A stretch of DNA of 64,000 nt, from the NCBI GenBank assembly GCA_044227805.1, contig JBGAWA010000001.1, forward strand, positions 43,740 through 107,739. The letters are read 5' to 3'. Position 1 is the first letter of the stretch; each line of letters starts with the position of its first letter. Made by a program: the position numbers and the translations under genes. Source of the stretch: Chitinophagales bacterium (GTDB lineage: Bacteria > Bacteroidota > Bacteroidia > Chitinophagales > UBA10324). Below are positions 49,540-59,019 of this stretch, piece after piece. Below the pieces are notes generated by a model. The model did not search any database and was not told the DNA's origin. It saw nothing but the letters and a program-made list of their open reading frames with translations.

Positions 49540-49860
49540 AGCAGCAGCAGATTTAACCTGAAGCTGAACTGTTTATGGTTTATGATTTTTTTCCTTTATG
49601 AAAAGGACCAACCTCTTGGCAGTTCTTTGATGCAGCGAATCGGAAATTTTCAATAGAAAAATCCAGGTTCCATGCTGACTCAAGCGAAAGCGGTAAGCAT
49701 GAATAAAAATCGAAATTCATATCATTCTGTAAAGCAAATACACCTTTCAGTGCGAATGATCAACGTCACTTTCCGGCATGACTAAGATCATGTATTGGCA
49801 TACCGGAGCAGCCTACTTTTGAGTATAATTTCCTCTCTCCAAAAACCAAAATTTACTACT

Positions 49861-51855
49861 ATGAAAACAAGATTTTTAGTGCTCATGATCAGCACACTGC
49901 TGGCGACAGGTGCCAGTGCCCAATGGACCATTGACTCATTAGGCATTGCCGGTTTGTATCCATACAGTGCAGCAACCACCAGCAAAGCCGTTTTCACCAA
50001 TGGCAGCAACTGGGATATATTCGATGCCAATACCAATCTCCATACAACCGGCCTCTTATCATTTTCAAGACCACAAATCAGAGTGGTTAGCTATGGTGAG
50101 AAGGTGTATCTCGGTGGTGGCAAATACGGTTATTTCGCCGACCCGCAATACTCCAAAAATGTGGATGTATACAATGCAGCAACCGATAGCTGGACTACTT
50201 TATTTCTAACAAAGAACCGTGAAGTGGGCGGTGCAGGTGCAGCCGGAAATAAGATTGTATTTGCTGGTGGTACAGGCCGGACTGATATCAGCGGACCGGT
50301 ATATATGTATGCTACCGCTGATATTTTTGACGCTAACACCGGAGCAAGAACTACCGGAAAACTTTCCAAAGCACGTTCGAATATCGCTGTTGGAGCGGCT
50401 GGCAATAAAATAGTTTTCGCCGGCGGCTGGTTTTGGGATATGAGTTACAATCGAGTGCCTTCCAATGCAGTGGATATTTATGATGCTTCTACAGGAACTT
50501 GGACCAAAACAACGCTGTCACAAAAACGGGAAGACCTGGCTGTTGCTGTGGTAGGAAACAAAATTATTTTCGCCGGCGGAAGCAGCAATGTTGGAACGGT
50601 TAAAAATGTAGATGTGTACGACGTATCCACCGATACCTGGACGACTTCTATGCTGCCTACTGCCAGATATGCCATGAAATCAGCAGTGGTGGGCACCAAC
50701 GCCTATTTTGCAGGTGGTGCCTTTGACGCGATAGAAAATGAAGTTGACATTTATAACACCGTGACCAATACGTGGAGCACGATCTACATGCCGGTTTCCT
50801 TATCTTCCTTTTCGATGAGTGTGATTAACGACAAAATATATTTTGCCGGTGGTTATATTTCATCTTCTTCTGTTTATTCAAACCTCGTACAGGTTTACGA
50901 TCCGGCCACCGCAACATGGATTAGTGACTATCTGTCGATCGGAAGAATCGGTATTGCAGCACTCGTTTGCGGCAACAAAGGATATTTTGCAGGAGGAACC
51001 ATTGCCTATGGCTATCCTGTTCCGCCAACAACCAAGAGGGTTGACATACTCGGCACACTCAGTCCTATCGCTGATTTCAGTGCAAACGTCACCAACATCA
51101 CTGCCGGTCAATCTGTAGATTTCACTGACCTCAGTACCAATACTCCATCGTACTGGACCTGGACGTTTACAGGCGGCACGCCTGCTTCCTCATCCATCCA
51201 AAATCCATCGGTGGTTTACAATGCAGCGGGCACTTATGATGTTACGCTAACCGCTGGTAATGCAGTTGGTTCAAGCACCATCACCAAGACAAGTTTCATC
51301 ACCGTAAATCCTGCTCCTTGCCTATTCCCGGATGGATTAATCACAACGGATATCACCCCAACCTCCGCCACCTTTAACTGGAATGCAGCCAATGGAGCTA
51401 TCAAGTATAAACTGAGTTACAAGGTCAGTGGAAACAATCCATGGTTAACTACCACGGTTACCACCAATACCCTTCAGTTGAGCGGACTGGCGCCTAATAC
51501 CAACTACAACTGGAAAGTAAAAACCATTTGCAGCAACTCGCCCAGCATCAGTTCTGATTTCTCGCCTATCGCGAGTTTCAAGACAGGGCCTGCCAGGCTG
51601 ACGGAACCAACCATGCAAACGGGCATTGAAGTTTATCCTAATCCTGTAGGTGACCAATTACAAATTTCGTTAAGCAATGAAATGACATTCCCGCTCACCT
51701 GCATGATTTATGATTTATATGGGAGAATGCTGATATCGGCTAAAATTGCAGAACCGCTCATAACGATAGATGTGAAGGATTTAGCTTCAGGAAATTACTT
51801 CATCACGGTTGTGAGCGCAGATAACCAAAGATGGAGTGCGAAATTCATGAAATAA
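49861..51855 (+). CDS. secreted Kelch-repeat / PKD / FN3 protein with a T9SS C-terminal sorting domain
   Basis: Track ORF starts at 49795; the ATG is at 49861 with a signal peptide. It has about 7 repeats of GNK(I/V)xFAGG...DIYD..T..W, then one PKD unit, one FN3-like unit, and VYPNPVGDQLQI...GNYFITV. Confidence 0.85.
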   Translation: MKTRFLVLMISTLLATGASAQWTIDSLGIAGLYPYSAATTSKAVFTNGSNWDIFDANTNLHTTGLLSFSRPQIRVVSYGEKVYLGGGKYGYFADPQYSKNVDVYNAATDSWTTLFLTKNREVGGAGAAGNKIVFAGGTGRTDISGPVYMYATADIFDANTGARTTGKLSKARSNIAVGAAGNKIVFAGGWFWDMSYNRVPSNAVDIYDASTGTWTKTTLSQKREDLAVAVVGNKIIFAGGSSNVGTVKNVDVYDVSTDTWTTSMLPTARYAMKSAVVGTNAYFAGGAFDAIENEVDIYNTVTNTWSTIYMPVSLSSFSMSVINDKIYFAGGYISSSSVYSNLVQVYDPATATWISDYLSIGRIGIAALVCGNKGYFAGGTIAYGYPVPPTTKRVDILGTLSPIADFSANVTNITAGQSVDFTDLSTNTPSYWTWTFTGGTPASSSIQNPSVVYNAAGTYDVTLTAGNAVGSSTITKTSFITVNPAPCLFPDGLITTDITPTSATFNWNAANGAIKYKLSYKVSGNNPWLTTTVTTNTLQLSGLAPNTNYNWKVKTICSNSPSISSDFSPIASFKTGPARLTEPTMQTGIEVYPNPVGDQLQISLSNEMTFPLTCMIYDLYGRMLISAKIAEPLITIDVKDLASGNYFITVVSADNQRWSAKFMK

Positions 51856-51875
51856 AAAGTGTAGCGTTTTAGTTT

Positions 51876-51911
51876 AAAAAAAAACGGCAGCGAACCTGCC
51901 GTTTTTTTTTT
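51876..51911. terminator. bidirectional rho-independent terminator
   Basis: A9, CGGCAG, loop CGAAC, CTGCCG, then T10, starting 20 bp after the stop of the Kelch gene. Confidence 0.8.
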
Positions 51912-51932
51912 GCACGATTGCATCGTGGCCAT

Positions 51933-52094
51933 TTGAACCCACATTTTGCAATTCAAAGCGGCAACGGGTTTAACCCCGACGTAGAGCTGCTTAGGGTTTG
52001 TGAAACATTTTCTTTTCTTGACAAATTGAGCAAACCCTTAGCAGCTCTAAGTCGCAGCGAAGCGGGATTTTTCCACTGAAAAATCCGGGTTGAA
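51933..52094 (-). repeat. 162-bp TIR/hairpin element, copy 4 (reverse orientation)
   Basis: Its reverse complement is near-identical to copies 1, 2 and 5. It is followed by an extra ~33-bp duplicate of the hairpin end module at 52095-52128. Confidence 0.9.
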
Positions 52095-52323
52095 CCAGGA
52101 AATTTCCATTGAAAAATCCGGGTGAAAGGAAATCGTTATATCAAATTGGCTCTATTACTTATCTGCATCCAGCCATGCAAGGATATGACAACACAGCTCA
52201 ATGGTAATCAGGTTAATCTTCCCGGAACTGGTTGTCGGCAAGCCTTCAAATAAAAGAGTGTTAAAATTACTATACAGGTAGGATACACCGGCATCCATGC
52301 AAAAAACCTTGCTTATCCTGAAT

Positions 52324-52822
52324 TCATATCCGCATCCGGATCATATAACCGACATCATTGTTTCCCCAGTTGCCTGTTGTTATGGATGCGACAGGCGAAG
52401 GGTCGGGCGCCGCTTTGTTATAGGAAGTGTAAGCTGCCAGGCCACAGCCCGTTTTTGCGTAGAAGTTATTCTTATCGAACGGAAAAAAACTTATCGTAAA
52501 CAGGAAGGCATTGCGTCTCAATTTATCTGATAACATATCCGGCGTATTATCGAATGCCTGCCAGGCCGGTGATACAGGTTAGCGGTTCCGAGGGCTGTCT
52601 CTAACCGGTGATTGAAACAAAACCGACCTTCGCTGAAAAGCTTATGCCGGTTTACAATCCCGACTCATATACACTTTTCATGGGTGAAGCCATTCCAAAA
52701 CCGGGAGCGATGCCAATCACAAACCCTCTTTCGACAACCGGTGCAGCTTGTTGCGCCATCAGGTGTTTCATCATGAAGATGAATAATAGTGCAATAAACA
52801 AGAGACGATTACAGCTACTCAT
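52324..52822 (-). pseudogene. disrupted gene for a signal-peptide, OM-like protein
   Basis: ATG 52822 gives MSSCNRLLFIALLFIFMMKHLMAQQ... and then an in-frame TAA at 52652. The same frame continues TGISFSAKVGFVSITG and hits a TAG. The remaining beta-strand-like ORF piece (52324-52536) is in another frame. Confidence 0.4.
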
Positions 52823-52933
52823 TTCTATGTAAGCTAAGTTGCATTCACGTTACCATTTAACTTTATAAGCTGTTCATTTCCAGAACCTTCTTGTAAGTCC
52901 CGTATTGATTAATCATTGCTGCCAAATCCAAAT

Positions 52934-53500
52934 TCAACATAGCCATTCCATTTTTTCCATAGCTGAGTTGCCAAACGGGTTCAGCTGACCTGCCGGAATA
53001 AGGCCGGCACTTAATGTTCCCGCAGGATTTATGGTACCATGGCTACCAACACTGCCGACACCTATGGACAGACCGGAATAGAACACAAAGTTTTCACGCT
53101 GGCAATAGCGGTAATCAAACCTCGCGGTGATATTCGTAACAGTATAATGGTTCTCATAAGCTTCCGGGTCTGTTCCGACTAAAGTGATGGCTTCTAAAGA
53201 CAACTCACCTCCTACGCTGATGCCATGTGATAAAAACCTGTTATAGCCTGCTCGAAAAATACCACTGCTCTGTATATCAGGTGGCGCATAAAACATAATG
53301 GTAATGGCACCGGAAAATTCAAGCATGACATCAGCTAAGGATGCGCGGCCATAACCTGCATACACTTCATTTTTAGGGGCAAGAGGGATTGCACTCTGTG
53401 CGAAACAACAGCCTGCCGCAGGCAGTAGCAGCCACAATATGGCAATAGCACTGTATAAAACCTTCCATCGAGCCCTTACCGGTATCCACCATGTTTTCAT
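52934..53500 (-). CDS. OM beta-barrel-like protein, probably with a frameshifted C-terminus
   Basis: 188 aa with a signal peptide (…GCCFAQ). The end ...AMEKMEWLC is atypical. After the A6 run (plus-strand T6 at 52951-52956), another frame reads WNGYVEFGFGSND and stops at 52909. Confidence 0.5.
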   Translation of the reverse strand: MKTWWIPVRARWKVLYSAIAILWLLLPAAGCCFAQSAIPLAPKNEVYAGYGRASLADVMLEFSGAITIMFYAPPDIQSSGIFRAGYNRFLSHGISVGGELSLEAITLVGTDPEAYENHYTVTNITARFDYRYCQRENFVFYSGLSIGVGSVGSHGTINPAGTLSAGLIPAGQLNPFGNSAMEKMEWLC

Positions 53501-53797
53501 ATTTCATCCGGCGCCATGCGGTCGCATTAATTTGAAAATTTTTTCTCCACCGCTATTGGCCACTTCAAAAAGCGGGTTGGAGCAACTCCAAAAAAAGCGG
53601 ACAACATTCTTAGGCAAAATTCCAACACAATGGACATCAGAAAAATGATATAAATTAGGAAATGCGTTTATGCAATACTATTGTACAACACATCATAGCA
53701 TTCATAGACTACTACACTGTACTTCGCTGCCGTTCTTAGCAAATGACAGATTACAGAAGCCGCTTGCAGATATGAAAAAGTAAAAGCAAGGTAGTCA

Positions 53798-55950
53798 ATG
53801 GTTCAGCATTTACTGTTATTTTACCAACCATTTCCAATACCAAATTCAAAAACGCCAGCAGTGAAAAGTGAAATCATTCTACTTGCCTTCGTTTTTCAGT
53901 GCATCTCCTTCCTACTGATTGCAGGTGATAAACAGCCGGTATTTTTTCTTAACGATTCGCTTTTGCATCAGGCAACACCCTTCAGAAATTCATACTTAGA
54001 AATTGTCCACAACTGGAGATATAAAAGCGACAGTTCGGGTGCACAGGCTGCCGATTTTGCAAGCCCTGATTTTGATGACAGTTTATGGGAACCCGTAAAT
54101 TCAACATTACCTATTGACAGTTTGCCGGCAAGCGGATGGCGAGGCAGCGGATGGTTCCGGCTGCGCCTTGTAATTGATTCTCAGTTATTGAATAAGGCAC
54201 TTGTGATAAACCTGATACACTATGGTGCATCAGACCTTTATGTTGATGGAAAACTTTTGTACAGCTTCGGACATGTCGGCACTTCCGTTGCGGATGAACA
54301 AGGTTATTCTTCCTTCACTCAAGCACCGGGAAGTGTGGTATTTAACCAATGTGAGCATGTTATTGCAGTCCACTATTCCGGTTTCTGCATCCTTCATCAC
54401 CGGCCACCGATTAAACGTGAACTGGGTTTTTCACTGGCTATCGGAGATCCCGATCTTGTAAACAGGCAACTTATCAGGGCAACGCGTTTTTCAAACCGGA
54501 GGCATTAAAGGTTATTGCCGTACCCTTCATATTTGCATTGATTCATTTTATTTTATTCCTGTTCTACCGCAGGGAGAAAAAGCAACTTCATTTTTCTCTT
54601 TTGCTCGTTATTGTTTAACGAGAACAGAATCGTTCGCCAGTCGTGATGCTGAACTGTCACTTATCGTTGTGAAGATCGATGATAATCTCTACCTGGCGCT
54701 GATGCCGGTTACAGGTATCCTGTCTGCGGTATTCTCTTCCGGCAAGGTGATACCGTTTCAGTTTTATAATTTCCTGGTGGTGGCCATAGTAGTGGCCATA
54801 ATTTCCTGGTATTCTTCGGTTTTGCCCGGTTTCACTTCGTGGCTCTTCCGTTGTCAACAGGCAGAAATGCTCAGACGGTAGCAGTGTCCATCCGGCAAGG
54901 CATGCAGGGAGCATGGATCATCGGCACCGGCTTCGGCGTTTTTGCGAGCGTCCAGCACCTGCTCGCGGAGGCATACTTCAACCGGCAATTTTTCACTGTT
55001 GCAGCTTCCGGTACCGTTGACCCATTCAACTCAGGTATTACCCGCATTGTTGTCGATGTCTGTATCTCTCCATGCGCATTGCAGGAACGCACCGGACGCT
55101 TGAATCGCAGATGAAAAAAACGATGGAGCTGGAGATTGAAAATGCCCGTAAAGAAGCCGAACTGAAAAAAGCGGTGGAATTGCAAGAAGCCTATCATGCC
55201 CTGGAAAACGCGCATCGCACATTAAAAGAGACACAGGCGCAGCTGATTCATTCGGAAAAGATGGCATCACTCGGTGAGCTGACAGCCGGCATCGCCCATG
55301 AAATTCAAAATCCGCTGAACTTCGTCAATAATTTTTCTGAAGTAAACAAAGAACTGATTGGCGAGATGAGGCAGGAAATTGAACAGGAACACTATGAAGA
55401 AGTAAAAGCCATTTCAAAAGACATTGAAGAAAACGAAGAAAAAATCAACCTGCATGGCAAACGTGCCGCCGCCATCGTAAAAGGGATGCTGCAACATTCA
55501 CGAGGCAGCAGCGGCGTGAAAGAGTTGACCGATATAAATGCTTTGTGCGATGAATTCCTGCGATTAAGTTATCATGGATTACGGGCGAAAGACAAGTCAT
55601 TCAACGTGACGATGAAAACAGAATTTGACGAGTCAATCGGCAGTAGCAATATCAATCCACAGGATATCGGACGGGTGATCCTCAACCTGCTCACCAACGC
55701 TTTTTACGCGGTAAATGAAAAAAGAAATCAGGCATTGAAAATTATGAACCTACCGTCACGGTGAGCACGAGGAAGAAAGGTGACAAAACAGTCATCTCCG
55801 TTACGGATAACGGCAATGGGATTCCGCAGAAAATTGCCGACAAGATTTTTCAACCGTTTTTTACGACGAAGCCTTCCGGGCAGGGTACCGGACTGGGGCT
55901 TATCATTCGACATCATCACCAAAGGTCATGGCGGTGAATTGATTATTTGA
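53798..55950 (+). pseudogene. 7TMR-DISM-type sensor histidine kinase, pseudogene 1
   Basis: A DISMED2-like N-terminal domain (FDDSLWEPV...GWRGSGWFRLRL...DLYVDGKLL), TM segments, the H-box SEKMASLGELTAGIAHEIQNPLNF and HATPase_c ([15 protein letters not shown]) are spread over at least 5 frame changes. Confidence 0.8.
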
Positions 55951-56020
55951 AACAAAGGAAAATGAGCTTTACACGGTTTACGATAACCTTGTAATTTTAA
56001 TAGCTGCTAAAGTCATTCGT

Positions 56021-57400
56021 ATGTCCCCAACTCTTGCATCTCTGCTGGTCAGTTTGCTCATGTCGCAACGGCTTCGAAAGTATGCAAGTGCCAACAACAA
56101 GAAAGGTTGGGAATTTTTATTTACGGTCAACCTCTTTTTTTCATCGATTTTGTTCTTGACGCAGTTCGCCTTCCACTCTCCCATGTTCTTCAGGCTGGTT
56201 TGGGACGTATTGCTCGTCTCTATCAGTCACCTTTATGCTGAAAAAGGAGCTTCGTCCATTAGAGATGTTTACTTGGGCGTTTATTCCGTTTATCGCGGTG
56301 TTGGTGGCAGGCCACCTCGCCGAATTAATAAGCGTTGATTTCTACAATGAATGGATCACCTATTTTACCAATGTAAGGACGCTCATGCTGATCTGGATGG
56401 CTGCCATTTTATTCAGCCAAAACCGACAGCAAAAGCGCTGGAAAAAGAACGCATCAGGAGACAAAAAAAGATGAACTGAACAGGGCAATTGCCTTGCGAA
56501 AGGTGGAGCTGGAAGGGTTGGTTGCGGAGCGTACGCTGGAACTGACCGGGCAGAAAGAAGAGTTACAACGAACGCTGACGGAGTTACGCAGCAGCAAAAT
56601 CAATTGATACAATCGGAGAAGATGGCTGCTAGTGAGCTCACCGCCGGCATCGCACATGAAATACAAAACCCTTTAAACTTCGTGAACTAATTTTTCGGAA
56701 GTGAGCAATGAGTTACTCGCCGAAATGAGAACCGAGCTGACCAATGGCCATACCAAAGAAGCTATGGCGCTTGCTGCTGATGTGGGTCAAAATCTTGAAA
56801 AAATCATTCATCATGGTAAGCGTGCCGACGCCATTGTAAAGGGAATGCCGCAACATTCGCGCGCCAGCACCGGTAAGAAAGAACTGACGGATATCACCGT
56901 GCTGGCTTGATGAATACCCCCGCAGACTCGCTTACCACGGCCTGAGGGCGAAAGACAAGTCCTTCAATGCCACCCTGAAATCAGACTTCGACCCGTCGCT
57001 TGGGAAAATAAATGTCATTCCGCAAGACATCGGCCGTGTTATTCTCAATTTGCTGACCAATGCATTTTATGCCGTGATGGAAAAAAAGAAAATGACCGGC
57101 AACCAATCGCCTGTATCGGCGTATGAACCCTCCGTCTCGGTCACAACCAGAAAAGCAGGTGGCAAAGCGGAGATCAGCATCAGCGATAATGGCAATGGAA
57201 TTCCAAAACAGGCAATGGATAAAATATTTCAACCATTCTTTACCACCAAGCCAACCGGCCAGGGAACAGGGTTAGGACTTTCCATTTCCTACGACATTAT
57301 CACGAAAGGCCATGGCGGCGAACTGACTGTGCATACCGAGGAAGGAGCGGAACGACCTTTACTATTACTTTACCAGCCTCATAAAATAAAAACTACGTGA
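56021..57400 (+). pseudogene. paralogous sensor histidine kinase, pseudogene 2 (no DISMED2 domain)
   Basis: TM pieces, a coiled coil, the H-box SEKMAASELTAGIAHEIQNPLNFVN followed by a stop, and HATPase_c ([16 protein letters not shown]) lie in several frames. An alternate frame from 57349 reads GTTFTITLPAS-stop, the canonical terminus. Confidence 0.75.
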
Positions 57401-57771
57401 TGAAAATACTGGTGGTTGATGATGAGCATGATATTCAATTGCTCTTTGAACAGCGTTTCAGAAAAGAAATTCGGGAACACCAAATGGAGTTCGCTTTCAG
57501 CTTTTCAGGTGAAGAGGCATTGTCTTATCTTCATCAGCATCATCATGAAGCTGTACTCATTCTTTCAGATATAAACATGCCGGGCATGAGCGGCCTTGAG
57601 TTGCTGAAGCATATCAAGCAGGAGTATGCAACCCCCCCTCCCGTGGTGATGATCATTACCGCATACGGTGACGAGGAAAACTACAAACGGGCTAAATCAG
57701 CGGATGATTTTCTCACCAAGCCACTCGACTTCACTGCATTAAAGCAAAAACTGAAATCCAGAATCCTATGA
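57400..57771 (+). CDS. stand-alone response-regulator receiver (CheY-like), intact
   Basis: MKILVVDDEHD..., LSDINMPGMSG, ITAYGD, LTKP. All receiver hallmark residues are present. Confidence 0.85.
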   Translation: MKILVVDDEHDIQLLFEQRFRKEIREHQMEFAFSFSGEEALSYLHQHHHEAVLILSDINMPGMSGLELLKHIKQEYATPPPVVMIITAYGDEENYKRAKSADDFLTKPLDFTALKQKLKSRIL

Positions 57772-58801
57772 CAAAAATCTTTGGTAGCCGATGATGAAGC
57801 GGACCTGGAGGTACTCATCAAGCAGAAGTTCCGCCAGAAAATAAGAGAGAAAAAATATGAGTTTGTATTTGCCATCAACGGCAAAGATGCACTGATCAAA
57901 ATTCAGCAACATCCTGATGTGGCTATCATCCTGCTCGACATCAATATGCCTGAAATGGACGGGCTGACGCTGCTCTCCAGGATTAGTGAGGATTCACCGC
58001 TGATAAAAGCCGTCATGGTTTCCGCTTATGGCGATATGGACAACATCCGCACCGCCATCAACCGAGGCGCATTTGACTTTGTGACCAAACCCGTCAATTT
58101 TGAAGACCTTGAACTGACCATGGAGAAAACTATTCAGCATGTGGATCAGATCAGGAAAACACTGGAAGCGATTAAGGAAAAAAATATCCTTAAAATGTAT
58201 GTGGACGAAAATGTGCTGAAATTCATGGGGAGCATCGAATACGAAGTATCGCTCATGGCCAATGAAACGGTAGAAGCAACAGTTGCTTTCGTGGATATCT
58301 GCAGCTTCACTTCCATTAGTGAGAAGGAGACACCGGATGTGGTGGTGTCGCTGCTAAACCGTTACTTCGATCTGATGGCCAAAGAAATTATAGCGCAGAA
58401 CGGCATCATTGATAAATTTATCGGTGACTGTGTGATGGCTGTTTTCAAAGGCGCCTACCACTTAGACCGTGCGATTGATGCCTGTCTCTCCATACGCGAT
58501 AAAGATAGAGGCCTTACCGGTTGCCGGTAATAATTTTGCGCCAAAGGTCTCCATTGGTATCAACAGTGGTGAAATGATTTCAGGCAACATTGGATCCGCC
58601 ACGATAAAAAGGCTGGACTATACTGTGATCGGCGATGCGGTCAATACAGCGCAAAGACTGCAGTCGGCGGCAAGAGTAGGACAGATTTTAATTAATGAAG
58701 CCTGTTATGAAAGTGAAACAATCTTTTAATGCAAATTGATCGGACCCGTGCAGCTCAAAAATAAATCGCAACCTGTGGTTGTGTATGAAGTGCTTAACTG
58801 A
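57768..58801 (+). pseudogene. receiver + class III nucleotidyl cyclase, pseudogene
   Basis: ATG 57768 overlaps the upstream stop (ATGA). There is a 1-nt T-run insertion at about 57780-57782, an extra G at 58504 and an in-frame TAA at 58727-58729. The restored reading is MTKILVADDE...FVDICSFT...FIGDCVMAVF...IGINSGEMISGNIG...GDAVNTAQRL...VVVYEVLN. Confidence 0.8.
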
Positions 58802-58812
58802 AAAGCGTACAA

Positions 58813-58973
58813 TAAACCCGGATTTTTCAGTGGAAAAATCCCGCTTCGCTGCGACTCAGAACTGCTAAGGGTTTGCTCAATTTGTCAAGAAATGAAAATG
58901 TTTCACAAACCCTAAGCAGTTCTACGTCGGGGTTAAACCCGTTGCCGCTTTGAACTGCAAAATGTGGGATTAA
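58813..58973 (+). repeat. 162-bp TIR/hairpin element, copy 5
   Basis: Direct identity with the other copies. Its outermost TIR bases are degraded (TAAACCC... and ...GGGATTAA). It lies between convergent gene ends. Confidence 0.9.
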
Positions 58974-59019
58974 TTGGCATTACTGCTCAGCCACTCGCCT
59001 GTAATCAGCAGGTGAACGC

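Noticed and set aside
53798-58801. Explaining all the frameshifts in the 52-59 kb block as sequencing or polishing errors.
   Set aside because: This is not fully excluded, because several lesions are homopolymer length changes and paralogous kinases could confuse polishing. However, there are also in-frame nonsense codons, a non-homopolymer insertion and small deletions. The lesions are concentrated in 6.7 kb, while about 57 kb of flanking sequence keeps ORFs of up to 1098 codons intact. I therefore report pseudogenes and flag the need for read-level checks.
22324-58973. Whether the recurring ~162-bp sequences form a CRISPR array.
   Set aside because: The copies are kilobases apart, are not regularly spaced, occur in both orientations and are far longer than CRISPR repeats. 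No cas genes are present.
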